Shown piece after piece: positions 27,547 to 37,544 of a stretch of 64,000 nt of DNA. The position numbers and the translations under genes were made by a program. This DNA comes from Planctomycetota bacterium (GTDB lineage: Bacteria; Planctomycetota; SZUA-567; H5-PLA8). The notes under the pieces were generated by a model. It saw only the letters and a list, made by a program, of their open reading frames with translations. It did not search any database and was not told the origin of the DNA. The DNA lies in NCBI GenBank assembly GCA_045863855.1, contig BTVV01000012.1, positions 1-64,000 of the forward strand, read 5' to 3'. The number at the start of each line of letters is the position of its first letter. The stretch's first letter is position 1.

Positions 27547-27821
27547 ACGCTGGACCACTCCCGCTTCGTAATAGTGCTTAAAGCTCGGGTATTCTGAGGC
27601 TGAAGACTCCAAACGTCAACCGAACATGTGCTTCGCATATCGTAAGCTAAAGAGGAACTTAGAGCGGTCGGCGTTACTGGAACGAACCGAACTGTTTAAG
27701 GAAGGAGAATAGGTGATTCTGCTTAGAAAGCCCGTAGTGTACATGGTGCAGTTTCATGACTTGGGGTAAGATGCGCGGCAAGTAGAGCCTGCTTTCCGTA
27801 GGCTCCGGGAATCGACAGCGC

Positions 27822-28889
27822 ATGGCTTTCGGCCACGGCTCGTACGTACTTGAACATCCTTCGGGGGATGCCGCTGGAGGCGGCGGCGAGAAGCGTCGCG
27901 TCGTGATCGGCGGGTTCGAGCTCAAAAAGAAGCTCGGCGAAGGCGCCGTCGGAATGGTCTTCCTGGCCAAGCAGATCAGCATGGATCGCCTCGTGGCGGT
28001 GAAGATCCTGCAACCTGAGTTCGCGCGCGACCCCGTACTGCAAGAGCGCTTCCTCTCCGAAGCGCGGCTCAGCGCCCGCCTGAACCACCTCCACATCATC
28101 AACGGCATCGACTGTGGCGTCGACCAGGGCTACACCTACTTCGCCATGGAGTACGTGGACGGACCCACAGGCCAGCAGATGCTTCGCGAGCGCCAGAAGA
28201 TCGATCCGGCGGATGCGTTCGATATGATTCGCCAAGTAGTCGATGCGCTGATCTATGCACACGCCCAGGGGCTGGTGCACCGCGACATCAAGCCCGATAA
28301 CATCATGCTTACCTCGGGCAAGGTGGCCAAGCTCTGCGATTTGGGGCTGGCCAAAAAGATGGGACAGACCGAAGTCAAGGCCGACAGCCGCGCCGGCATG
28401 GCGGTGGGCACGCCGCACTACATCTCGCCCGAACAGGCCCGCGCCGACCGCAACTTCGACGGGCGGACCGACATTTACGCCTTGGGCGCGACCTTCTACC
28501 ACATGCTGGTGGGGCATACGCCTTTCACGGGTGGCGGCGCGATGGTCATCATGGCCAAGCACCTCACCGAAACCTGTCCCAGCCCGTGCGACGAAGTCCC
28601 CACGATTCCGCTGGTCTACGGCGTTGTGATCAGCCGCATGATGGCCAAGGATCCCAACGACCGCTACCCGACCGCCGAAGCGCTGGCCGAGGAACTCGAT
28701 GCCATTCGAGAAACCGGCCGCCCCGTGCACACGGTCTTCCGCGGTGCGACTTCCTGCGCGCTGCCGCAGAAGCTGCTCCAGGCGCGCGGCACCGGACCCC
28801 AAGGCGCGGTGCGGCAGTCCGGACGCCAAACCTCCGTGACGCGCCGCAGGCTCGGACCCGGACGCACCGGCCGCTTCCGCAAACGTTGA
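27822..28889 (+). CDS. Ser/Thr protein kinase (soluble)
   Basis: GEGAVG, VAVK, RFLSEA, HRDIKPDN, DLG, GTPHYISPE; no TM segment. Confidence 0.93.
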   Translation: MAFGHGSYVLEHPSGDAAGGGGEKRRVVIGGFELKKKLGEGAVGMVFLAKQISMDRLVAVKILQPEFARDPVLQERFLSEARLSARLNHLHIINGIDCGVDQGYTYFAMEYVDGPTGQQMLRERQKIDPADAFDMIRQVVDALIYAHAQGLVHRDIKPDNIMLTSGKVAKLCDLGLAKKMGQTEVKADSRAGMAVGTPHYISPEQARADRNFDGRTDIYALGATFYHMLVGHTPFTGGGAMVIMAKHLTETCPSPCDEVPTIPLVYGVVISRMMAKDPNDRYPTAEALAEELDAIRETGRPVHTVFRGATSCALPQKLLQARGTGPQGAVRQSGRQTSVTRRRLGPGRTGRFRKR

Positions 28890-28928
28890 AGCGCGCTTTC
28901 TTCACTCACTCTTTAGAAGGCTTCCCAC

Positions 28929-29867
28929 ATGTCCGCATTACCCGGCATGGAGCACTATCCCGGCGCGAGCGAGATCGACGCGTGGTGCGACGATCTGTGG
29001 GCGCTTGCCGCCCGCACCGCTTGCACGGCGGGCGTGCTGGCCGATAGCCCGGGCCGCTTCGCCTACGGCGTGCGGCACGCCAAGAACGCGGCATACGTAA
29101 AGTTCGTACCCGAAGGCCCAGAATCGCTTCCGCCGTTCCACGGCTATTGGCAACCCGCGGCCGCCGGACCCGCTCCGCTCCTGGTCCACGTGCCCGGCTA
29201 CGGCGCCGAAATGAGCGCCCATCCCGAACTGGTCGCGCAGGGGTTCAACGTCCTCCACGTCAGTCCGCTCGGCTACGCCACGCCGCAAGGCCCCGACGAA
29301 TCGAAGAAGAAGGACGGCAACTGGCCCGTGCTGCCCGAGACCGCGCGCTCGGGCGGGCGCGAAGGCTACCGGCACTGGCTGACCGAAGTGATCCTCGCCG
29401 TGCGCTGGGCGCTCGAACAAGAGAAGGTGCTCAAGAACCGCGTCAGCTTTTTCGGGACCAGCCAAGGCGGCGGAACCGCGCTGCTCTTGGGCAGCTTGTA
29501 TAAAGGCCGCGGAGCACGCTGCGTGGCGGCGGACGTGCCCTTCCTGATCAACTTCCCGCTGGCGTATTCCAAAGCCAACCAGGGCGCGTACGGTCTGATC
29601 GGCAAGGGCCTCTCGGACTCCCCCGCCCCGGCCCTCGCCTGGCGTGCCATCGGCACCGTGGACACGCTCAGCCACGCCCACCGCCTAGACCTGCCCGTGC
29701 TCCTCACCGCGGGCGAGCAGGACGGCACGTGCCCGCCCGACACCATCGAATCGCTCTTTGCCAAGCTCCCGGGCACCAAGAGCTACACGCTGCTCAAGAG
29801 CCAAGGGCACGACTACACCGGCCCGTTTTTGCAGCAGGCCGCCGCGTGGTTCCGGTTGTGGGCGTAA
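28929..29867 (+). CDS. Acetylxylan esterase-like alpha/beta hydrolase
   Basis: GTSQGG nucleophile elbow, D in QDGTCPP, H in GHDY. Confidence 0.82.
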   Translation: MSALPGMEHYPGASEIDAWCDDLWALAARTACTAGVLADSPGRFAYGVRHAKNAAYVKFVPEGPESLPPFHGYWQPAAAGPAPLLVHVPGYGAEMSAHPELVAQGFNVLHVSPLGYATPQGPDESKKKDGNWPVLPETARSGGREGYRHWLTEVILAVRWALEQEKVLKNRVSFFGTSQGGGTALLLGSLYKGRGARCVAADVPFLINFPLAYSKANQGAYGLIGKGLSDSPAPALAWRAIGTVDTLSHAHRLDLPVLLTAGEQDGTCPPDTIESLFAKLPGTKSYTLLKSQGHDYTGPFLQQAAAWFRLWA

Positions 29868-29894
29868 ACGCCTGAGATGAAAATAAGCACACCA

Positions 29895-29925
29895 GAGCTT
29901 CGCTGAAGCGCTTCAGGCGAAGCTC
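29895..29925. terminator. Hairpin between convergent genes
   Basis: GAGCTTCGC-TGAAG-CG-CTTCA-G-GCGAAGCTC. Confidence 0.45.
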
Positions 29926-29961
29926 AATCAATCGCGAAGGACCACGCGAACACGATCTGCC

Positions 29962-30810
29962 TCAACCTTTCGCGAACGCCTGCCACTCCGCCTCCACCCG
30001 CGCCGCATCGGTCGCCCCGCAGAATCCAAACACGCGGTAGCGCGAGACCGCCGTCGCGCCGCGCGCGAGCGTCCACGCACCGGCGATACAGCGGCTTGGC
30101 GCGATCCCCAACTGCCCGTCCACGCGCCACGGATTCGGATGCTCTGCGTTGCCCGGATGATCCAGAATCGCCAGGCCGCACCAGTCGCCGCGCTCCCGCC
30201 CGCCCGCATCACGGCCGGCGATCGGCAGGCTCACCGATACCCAGCGCGCGCGCTGCCCTTCGGCTTCCTGATTCTTCCGGCCTGCGCTGTTCAACGCTTC
30301 GCCGCCGTTCTCCTTGCGGTACGGCATGCGCAGAAACAGCCCGCCGTACGGATGCTTCCCGAACGTCACTTCCGCCGCCCCGGTCAGCGACCAGATCATA
30401 TCCAGTGCGTACGTCTCGCCGCGATCTTCGAGCGTCCAGTGCTGCGTTTCGGTCAGCACCGCTGCGCCGGCCCCGTCGCGCCAATCGCAGACGGCCGTCC
30501 AGTCGGCGCGCGAGCCCGTCACCTTCGGAGCGGCCAGCGGGCGCGAATGGAAAAAACCGCGCTGCTCCTTGGCCCACTGCTCGGTCCAGTAGTCCAGCCC
30601 GTTGACGTGATGCAGGCCCACGTACAAGCCGTGCTGCCACGGATGATGCCCCGGCGCGTCTTCGGTCAGTTCGCCGTTCAAATCCGGTGCGCGCAACGGA
30701 TGCAGATACAACCGCGCATCGGAACGCGCGTGCTGCGTGACCAGCGCCGGACCCTCCGGCGTGCGGTGGAAACTCAACGAGTGCGGTTCGTGGCGAGCGT
30801 GCAGCGGCAT
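29962..30810 (-). CDS. PmoA-like (DUF6807-type) soluble protein; not particulate methane monooxygenase
   Basis: YLHPL...LTEDAPGHHPWQHGL, YGGLFLR, ILDHPGN...W; AGGAG RBS before ATG 30810. Confidence 0.75.
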   Translation of the reverse strand: MPLHARHEPHSLSFHRTPEGPALVTQHARSDARLYLHPLRAPDLNGELTEDAPGHHPWQHGLYVGLHHVNGLDYWTEQWAKEQRGFFHSRPLAAPKVTGSRADWTAVCDWRDGAGAAVLTETQHWTLEDRGETYALDMIWSLTGAAEVTFGKHPYGGLFLRMPYRKENGGEALNSAGRKNQEAEGQRARWVSVSLPIAGRDAGGRERGDWCGLAILDHPGNAEHPNPWRVDGQLGIAPSRCIAGAWTLARGATAVSRYRVFGFCGATDAARVEAEWQAFAKG

Positions 30811-30898
30811 GGCCAACTCCTAATTCGGGGATGGGTTCGCAGCACTCTACCGCCGTCCCGCCGCAGGGCGAACGCAAGCCGGAGCCCGCCCGGATTAT

Positions 30899-30948
30899 AC
30901 TTTTCTTGACAAAGTCTAATACGCGGGATTTACTTTGCATCACAAAGT
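30899..30948. promoter_or_regulatory. Two ACTTT-N7-AAAGT palindromic operators overlapping a TTGACA -35
   Basis: ACTTTTCTTGACAAAGT (30899-30915) and ACTTTGCATCACAAAGT (30932-30948); TTGACA at 30906-30911. Confidence 0.7.
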
Positions 30949-30962
30949 CTAGGAGCCGCCCC

Positions 30963-31760
30963 ATGCCCGCCGCTCGAAACGCCGTCAACGCGCCCCCGCA
31001 ACCCGGCGGGCCCGTCGCGCAGAGCTGCGCCGGGCGCTGGATCGCCTACTTCGAAGCCAACGCCGGGGCTTGGAGCGCGCGGCCGTTGCATGGTTCTGCA
31101 AATTTGAACGAGGCCGAACGCGCGGCCATCGCCGACTCCATCGCCATGTTTCAGTTGGGCGAAAGCGGCGGCGGAACCCACGTGCGGCGCGCGGCCAAAG
31201 CCTACGTCGCGCTCGGCGGCGAAGCGGCGTACATGGAGGCGCTGGCCCTCTTCATCGCCGAAGAACAACGCCACGGCGCCGAACTGGGACGCTTCATGGA
31301 TGCCGCGGGGCTCGCGCGCTGGAAGCGTTGCACCACCGACGGCTGCTTTCGGTCCCTGCGGCATACGGGCGGGCTCGAACGCGCCATCGCCGTGCTGCTC
31401 ACCGCCGAGATCATCGCGCAGGTGTACTATCGAGCCCTCCGCTCGGCGACCAACTCGTCCTGGCTGCGCGCCTTATGCACCCGAATTCTGCGTGACGAAG
31501 CCGCGCACATCGCTTTCCAGACCGAACGCCTGGCGCTGCTGCGCCGATCGTGCGGGCCGTGCGCGCGGGCGTGGCGGAACGCGCTGCATCGGCTTCTATT
31601 CGCCGCTGCGGTTAGCTGGGTATACGTCACACACGGTCCCTGCCTGCGCGCCGGCGGCTTTCCTCTAAAGCGCTTCTGGCGCGCCTGCTGGAGCCGTTAC
31701 CGCATGGCGCATGCGCGCTGGAACGACCCCGCACATCCAACACAAGCTCTACGCCCGTAA
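30963..31760 (+). CDS. Ferritin-like di-iron domain protein
   Basis: FQLGE, FIAEEQRH, LTAEIIAQVYY, ILRDEAAH; AGGAG RBS. Confidence 0.85.
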   Translation: MPAARNAVNAPPQPGGPVAQSCAGRWIAYFEANAGAWSARPLHGSANLNEAERAAIADSIAMFQLGESGGGTHVRRAAKAYVALGGEAAYMEALALFIAEEQRHGAELGRFMDAAGLARWKRCTTDGCFRSLRHTGGLERAIAVLLTAEIIAQVYYRALRSATNSSWLRALCTRILRDEAAHIAFQTERLALLRRSCGPCARAWRNALHRLLFAAAVSWVYVTHGPCLRAGGFPLKRFWRACWSRYRMAHARWNDPAHPTQALRP

Positions 31761-31869
31761 CGACTAACACCCACCGGGCCGAATCGAGCCGCCTAATCGT
31801 ACGATTCCTACGAAACTTGGGCCATCCTGCTCGCGTCCTACTAAACGAGCCTTTAATAAGGAGTACCCC

Positions 31870-34800
31870 ATGAAGCGCAGATGCTCCCTCGCGGCCTTGG
31901 TCCTTGCATTGCTCGCGTTAAGCAGCCCTTACTTCCCCAGCTTCGCCAATCCCGAACCGCCGCCGCCTTCCCCGGTTTCGTTGAGCAACCCCGACGGACA
32001 AGAAATGGACCTGCTCCGCTACGACCTGCGCCTCGCGGTGCACGGTCCGCTGGCGCTGACCGAGATGGAAATGGTCTTCCGCAATCCGCAGGATCGCCAG
32101 ATGGAAGGGCGCTTCCAGTACCTGCTGCCGCCGGGCGCGACCTTAAGCCGCTTCGCCAAGGAAGTGGACGGGAAGCTGATGGAAGGCGAGGTCGTCGAGA
32201 CCAAGCGCGCACGCGCCGTCTACCGGCAGATCCTGCACACGCTGCGCGATCCGGCACTGCTGGAACAGGATCAGGGCAACCGCTTCAGCGCCAAGGTCTT
32301 CCCAATCCCCGCGAAGGGCACCGTCCGCCTCCTGCTCGGCTACTCCCAGTGCCTCCCGCTCAAGCACGACAAGCGCAAGCTCACCATCCCCATGGCCGGC
32401 ATGCCGGCGATCCAAGACTTCAGCTTCTCGGCCGTGATTCGCGCCGGCTTCGGTTCCGGCTTGCATCCGAACAGCACCCAGGGCTTCGCCGTGGCGGCCG
32501 AACAGGCCGGCGCGCTCCAGACGCTTTCCAAGCGTCAGGCGAACTTCAAGCCCGAGCGCGATCTGGTGCTCGAATTCCAGGGTTCCGGCGGCGACCCGAA
32601 AGCGCAAGCCCTGCGCGCCGGTAACTTCGAACTGCTCAGCTATCGCCCCGGTCTGGCCTGGAAGGAAGGACTGACCGCGCCGCGCGACCAAGTTTGGTAC
32701 TTCGACACCAGCGCAAGTAATGCCGATACGCACGAACGCCGCATGGAAGCCGTCGAGAAGCTCCTGAAGGTGGTACAAGGCAGTTACGATACGCTCGACG
32801 CCTACGCTTTCGATCTCGAGGTCGCGCACCTCACAACCTACACCGATCCATCGAAGGGCAGCAACGGCACGCCGAAGAGCATCCCGTGGTGTCTGCGCCA
32901 GCGTCACGCCTTGGGCGCGACGGACCTGGCTCGAGCGTTGAAGCACGCGTGCGACTTGGCCAAGGCGAAAGCCGCGCCCGCCCAGTTCGTTTTCGTTACC
33001 GACGGCATCGCGACCTGGGGCGCGACGGATGCCGGCGAGATCCTCAAGGCTGTCGATGGCTGGCCCGAGCGCTGTTCGCTGAGCGTACTGGTACTGGGTG
33101 CGAAGCAGGATGCGGCCTTCCTGAACGCGCTGGTCGAGAAGACGGGCGGCCGCGTGGCCGGCGCGTCGTTGGGCGAAGCGCTCGACAAAGAACTGCAACA
33201 GGCGTTGAGCGAGATCGCCCGGCCGTTGGGCGCGACGTTCGAGTTCTACTCCGAAGGCACCGCTTGGCTGTATCCCAAGCGCTTCCGCGACGTCCAGCCC
33301 GGCGACGAACTGCTCGTCTTCGCGCAGCTTGAAGCAGGCGCCGCGCCCAAGTTGGGGGTCATTAAGCGCGACCTCCGCGGCGGCGTCGAGCGTGACGAAG
33401 CGTTTACGCAGGCGCCCGCCGAAGCACCGGGCTTTGCGCCGTTGCTGGAACGCGAAGCGTACCGCGCCTGTCTCGCCCATTTGGAAGCTCAGGAACGCGA
33501 TGCCTCCGACGCGGCCAAAAAAGAGGCCCTGCGCAAGGAACGGATCGAGATCAGCGTCAAGCACCGCGTGCTCTGTTCGCTCACCAGCCTGCTGGTCCTG
33601 GAAACCGAGAACGATTACGCGCGCTTCGGGATCGACCGCAAGGCGCTGGCCGGCATCATGACCGTCGGCCCCCAAGGCATTCAAGCCCTGGCCCGCACCG
33701 AAGCGGATCTGGCGCTGCGTCCGGCGCCCAAGCCCGCCGAAGCCCCCAAAGCCCCAGCCAAGCAAGGCGAAGGCCGCCTTGAGCAGGAAGCGTTGGCGCG
33801 GCCCGAAGCCAAGGGCGACGATGCGCAACCTACCGCGCCGACGGCCGCGGGGGCCGATGAGGAACTCGCCGATCTGGATAAATCCATCGGCACCGCGGAA
33901 GGCGGCTACACAAACGTTAACGATCCGTCCGGGCCCGGCCGCGACGCCGGAGTTACGAGGTCCGGTGGCGGCGCCGCCGTGAACGCATTCTCCCCGCCGC
34001 CAGCGCAAGGAGATGCGCCGGCGCAAGCGCAGCCCCCCGCCAGGACCGCGCCCGAGCGCACCCGAGAAGCCGCTCAAACGGCGGCGCCCGCCGACGCGCA
34101 AAGAGCTCGTCTGGCCGAACAAGACGCAGCCTCGAACCCGGCCCTCGTGGCCCCCGCATGGACCCAACAGGCGCAGCGCAAGATCGGCGAAGGCGACCTG
34201 AAAGGCTTGCTCGCCAAGGTCCAGGCCAATCCGCTGGATCGCATGGCGCGCAACAGCTTGGCCGAAGCCCGCGTCAAACTCGCCGACTGGGATGCGCTCC
34301 TGGCCGACGCCTTCGAATGGCTTCCGCTGGACCCCGAGAACCCGCAGGTTTTCGAGCACCTCGCTTCGGCCAGCGCGAAATTGGGCGCGCCCGAACAGGC
34401 CCTCCGCGCGGTCACTTCCGTAGCCGAAGTCGCGCCGCGCAACAGCGCGTATCTCGAACGCGCCGGCTGGCTCCTGCTCGTCGCCGGACAACACGCCCAC
34501 GCCGAAACGCTCTTCCGACGCGCCATCGCCGAACGCGACGACCACGCCAATGGATTCCGGGGCTTGGCCCTGAGCCTCTGGCTGGCAGGCAAGCACGAGG
34601 CCGCCGCCGAAATTCTCGAAACCGCCTTGGGCAAGACCTTCGACGGACGCTACGGCGACGCGGCACGCGTGCTGCGCGAAGAACTGGCCTACGTCTACCG
34701 CGCCTGGATCGCCGCCGATCCGGCGGCGTTCAAGACGGTTCCCGAACGCGCCAAGCGCAATAAAGTCAGCCTCCAGAAGTGGGATGCTCTGCGCGTCACG

Positions 34801-35181
34801 CTGGCCTGGGAAACCGACGCCAACGATGTGGACTTGCACGTGGTCGATCCGAAGGGCGAAGAGTGCTTCTATTCGCACACGCAGACCGCTTCGGGCTTGA
34901 GCCTCTACAGCGATCAGACCCAGGGTCTGGGGCCGGAGGTGATTCGCACCGACAAGCTCCTGCCCGGCGCCTATCAAGTAGGGGTGAAGTACTACAACCC
35001 CGGCCCGATGGGGGTCAGCCGCGGCGTGGTAGTGGTCTATCGATCCGACCACTCCGGCTTGGTGGCCCAGCCCCAGATCGCGCCGTTCTGCCTCGTGCCC
35101 CAAGGCGAAGGCATCCGGCATCTCCTGGAGCTTACGGTGGTACCGCCCGCGCCTGCCCCGCAGCCGAAGCCGGCTCCCTGA
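31870..35181 (+). CDS. Secreted VIT-vWA-TPR-DUF2135 protein
   Basis: Signal peptide, VIT (FRNPQDRQMEGRF...DPALLEQ), MIDAS DTSAS/TDG, TPR-like helices, LAWETDANDVDLHVVDP. Confidence 0.85.
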   Translation: MKRRCSLAALVLALLALSSPYFPSFANPEPPPPSPVSLSNPDGQEMDLLRYDLRLAVHGPLALTEMEMVFRNPQDRQMEGRFQYLLPPGATLSRFAKEVDGKLMEGEVVETKRARAVYRQILHTLRDPALLEQDQGNRFSAKVFPIPAKGTVRLLLGYSQCLPLKHDKRKLTIPMAGMPAIQDFSFSAVIRAGFGSGLHPNSTQGFAVAAEQAGALQTLSKRQANFKPERDLVLEFQGSGGDPKAQALRAGNFELLSYRPGLAWKEGLTAPRDQVWYFDTSASNADTHERRMEAVEKLLKVVQGSYDTLDAYAFDLEVAHLTTYTDPSKGSNGTPKSIPWCLRQRHALGATDLARALKHACDLAKAKAAPAQFVFVTDGIATWGATDAGEILKAVDGWPERCSLSVLVLGAKQDAAFLNALVEKTGGRVAGASLGEALDKELQQALSEIARPLGATFEFYSEGTAWLYPKRFRDVQPGDELLVFAQLEAGAAPKLGVIKRDLRGGVERDEAFTQAPAEAPGFAPLLEREAYRACLAHLEAQERDASDAAKKEALRKERIEISVKHRVLCSLTSLLVLETENDYARFGIDRKALAGIMTVGPQGIQALARTEADLALRPAPKPAEAPKAPAKQGEGRLEQEALARPEAKGDDAQPTAPTAAGADEELADLDKSIGTAEGGYTNVNDPSGPGRDAGVTRSGGGAAVNAFSPPPAQGDAPAQAQPPARTAPERTREAAQTAAPADAQRARLAEQDAASNPALVAPAWTQQAQRKIGEGDLKGLLAKVQANPLDRMARNSLAEARVKLADWDALLADAFEWLPLDPENPQVFEHLASASAKLGAPEQALRAVTSVAEVAPRNSAYLERAGWLLLVAGQHAHAETLFRRAIAERDDHANGFRGLALSLWLAGKHEAAAEILETALGKTFDGRYGDAARVLREELAYVYRAWIAADPAAFKTVPERAKRNKVSLQKWDALRVTLAWETDANDVDLHVVDPKGEECFYSHTQTASGLSLYSDQTQGLGPEVIRTDKLLPGAYQVGVKYYNPGPMGVSRGVVVVYRSDHSGLVAQPQIAPFCLVPQGEGIRHLLELTVVPPAPAPQPKPAP

Positions 35182-35324
35182 GCGGCCCTGGAGCTGACCC
35201 CGCAGCGGCTATATTTACCTGGATAGGGAATAACCAGCCTGTTGCCTTCGTCTTAGTGCGGGACTATCCTTGTAGAGGATAGGGCCGGGCTAGGGGGGTG
35301 CTCGTTCGCCACCCCGGAGGCCAG

Positions 35325-36716
35325 ATGGAACAGCGCGAAGCCACGCATTCGAATCCGGAACCGGCCGCGTCGCAAACGGACGTTCCGAAGCGCATCGGAT
35401 CCTACACGATCCTGAGCCGCCTCTACGACGGCAGCATCAGCACGCTCTACAAGGCCAAGCAGGATCGTCTGGGCCGCGTCGTGGCCTTGAAGACGCTCAA
35501 GGAATGGCCGCCCGCGCACAACATGATCCTCGAACGCTTCAACCGCGCGACTTTCGTCGGCGCGCAGGTGGTGCATCCCAACGTCCCGGTGCTGTACGAA
35601 TCGGGCACGGTGGACGGATACCACTTCGCGGCGCTGGAATACATCCACGCACAGACGCTGCAGGAACTCCTCGCCGAACGCACGCGCGTGAGCGAACGCC
35701 GCGCGGTCTGGATCGGGCTTCAAGTCGCCCGGGCGCTCAGCGCGCTGCACGCGAAACGCATCATTCACCGCAACGTGAAGCCGAAGAATATCCTGGTCGA
35801 ACCCGACGGGCGCGTGCGCGTCGTGGGCATGGGCTTGGCCAAGGTCGAAGCCGCCTGCTTCACCCAGGAACTCGACGCGCAAACCATCGGCACGCCGCAT
35901 TACATGGCGCCCGAGATCATCCGCGGCTGCTGCACCGATCCGCGCAGCGATCTGTACTCGCTGGGCGTGACGATGTACGTGATGGTCGCCGGCCGCCCGC
36001 CCTTCGCAAAGGGCATCCCGGCGGCGGTGATGGCCAAGCACCTGTACGAAAAGCCCGACGCGCTGAAACAGCTCGACCCGGACCTCTCCGACGAATTCGT
36101 CGCACTGGTCGAGCACATGATGGCCAAGTGCCCGCACGAGCGCCCCGAGTCGGCCGAAAAAGTGGCCGAGCAGCTCGAACGCATGGCGCGGCGGCTCTAC
36201 CGCGACAAACTCGGCGGCGCGCCCGCCTTGGCCGAACCGTGGCATGCGAACATCCCCTGGGCGGCGCTGGCGCGGGGAGCGGGCGTCTTCTTCGGTACGC
36301 TCCTGGCCATATTCCTCCTAGGTATGGCCACCTACGGCACCTGGGCCTTTTTCTGGAACGCCGAACCGGCTCCCGCCGCACCGGCGCGCTCCGCGCCGAT
36401 CGCCGTCCCTGCGGAACCCCCAACGGCCGCGGCCGAAGCGCTGGGCGAAGAGTTGCAAGCGCCCGTCAACCCCATCCAAGAACGCATCCGAGTCGATTTT
36501 CTGCGCCTGCTGAAGCTGGAAGACGGCTTCCGCCGCGATGGCTGGCAAGGCGTAGGCGAATGGGAGCGCTTCCTGCGCACCTTCCCCGATGCGCCCGAAG
36601 AGCTCCGCGCCCGCGCGCAGGCCGAGGTCCGCCGCTTCCGGCAGCAGGAAATCGAGCGCATGGGCGCGCGCGCCGGACGACAGGACAATCCGGGCGGCGA
36701 AGACCTCGAGTTCTAA
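35325..36716 (+). CDS. Membrane Ser/Thr kinase-like protein, predicted pseudokinase
   Basis: Kinase fold (VALK, GTPHYMAPE, SDLYSLG) but HRN replaces HRD and GMG replaces DFG; one TM helix. Confidence 0.85.
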   Translation: MEQREATHSNPEPAASQTDVPKRIGSYTILSRLYDGSISTLYKAKQDRLGRVVALKTLKEWPPAHNMILERFNRATFVGAQVVHPNVPVLYESGTVDGYHFAALEYIHAQTLQELLAERTRVSERRAVWIGLQVARALSALHAKRIIHRNVKPKNILVEPDGRVRVVGMGLAKVEAACFTQELDAQTIGTPHYMAPEIIRGCCTDPRSDLYSLGVTMYVMVAGRPPFAKGIPAAVMAKHLYEKPDALKQLDPDLSDEFVALVEHMMAKCPHERPESAEKVAEQLERMARRLYRDKLGGAPALAEPWHANIPWAALARGAGVFFGTLLAIFLLGMATYGTWAFFWNAEPAPAAPARSAPIAVPAEPPTAAAEALGEELQAPVNPIQERIRVDFLRLLKLEDGFRRDGWQGVGEWERFLRTFPDAPEELRARAQAEVRRFRQQEIERMGARAGRQDNPGGEDLEF

Positions 36717-36750
36717 AAAAGAGCGGGCGGCCCGCGAAGGCCGCCCGTTT
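36715..36750 (-). terminator. Intrinsic terminator between convergent genes
   Basis: AAAAAA then GAGCGGGCGGCC-CGCGAA-GGCCGCCCGTTT; the U-tract is on the minus strand. Confidence 0.7.
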
Positions 36751-36781
36751 CCGCCGCAACTGAGCGCCGAAGCTTACGGCT

Positions 36782-37384
36782 TTAATCCAGCATCATCGAA
36801 TGCACGGACCGTTCGAACTCCGCTTCGAACTGAGTATACGAATCGGGCGTGGCGGTACAGGTGACCACGAATCCGCGCTTGCCCTTCGAGAAGTAATACT
36901 GCAGCACCTTCAGGTTCAGCTCGCCCATGCGATGGGTGAAGACCAGCCGCTTGGCCGACTGCCCCTGGATGATCGTATCGCCCAACTGGACCTCGACGAA
37001 GTCCGTCATCACCTTGCGCAACTGGAGCTGATTCGCGTCGTAGTAATCGGAAACCGAGTACTCGTTGGGCAGGTCCTCCACGACCACGTTGATGTTCTCG
37101 CGGAACGTATCGCTGGCGTTGGCCTGCGCGCTGAGCGCCAAGACCACCGTGCCGTGCGCATTCTCCTGGCGCTCCCAGGTCTCCGGCAGCACGATCGAAA
37201 ACCCTTTTGCCGGCGCCTTAAAGCGATTGGCTTCATTCACTTGCGAGCCGCCGCCCAGCCCGCCGCCGCCGCCCGGACCCGTCGGCGTCGAGGCCGTCTG
37301 GACGCCCCCGCCGCAACCGGCCAAACTCAAAGCCAGAAAAGCAGCCCACATCGCCACGCCCAGCCGCACGAACGCGCGCTTCAT
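36782..37384 (-). CDS. DcrB/PsbP-like lipoprotein
   Basis: Lipobox LAGC, Gly linker, FSIVLPETW...FRENINVV...QY...VTCTA. Confidence 0.8.
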   Translation of the reverse strand: MKRAFVRLGVAMWAAFLALSLAGCGGGVQTASTPTGPGGGGGLGGGSQVNEANRFKAPAKGFSIVLPETWERQENAHGTVVLALSAQANASDTFRENINVVVEDLPNEYSVSDYYDANQLQLRKVMTDFVEVQLGDTIIQGQSAKRLVFTHRMGELNLKVLQYYFSKGKRGFVVTCTATPDSYTQFEAEFERSVHSMMLD

Positions 37385-37544
37385 CGGTCACCTCTCCCGT
37401 TTAATGTTGAAAATCGATGTCCAGCAGTATGCCGCAACCGCCAAGAAGACCAACGCTAAACTGGGCGCGTGACCGCTTCCGCCTGGCCGGCGTGCCGGCA
37501 TGCGTCTCGAATACGCTTTCAACCTCTTTAGCTTAAAGGAGTTA

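Noticed and set aside
29962..30810. Methane monooxygenase subunit implied by the PmoA-like family name
   Set aside because: The protein is soluble with no TM helices, and there are no pmoB/pmoC neighbours.
32143..35121. 992-aa minus-strand ORF, and similar long ORFs at 19557-21359, 48905-51832, 3936-5417 and 11788-13275
   Set aside because: They mirror or overlap well-supported genes and lack motifs; stop-poor shadow frames are expected at this GC content.
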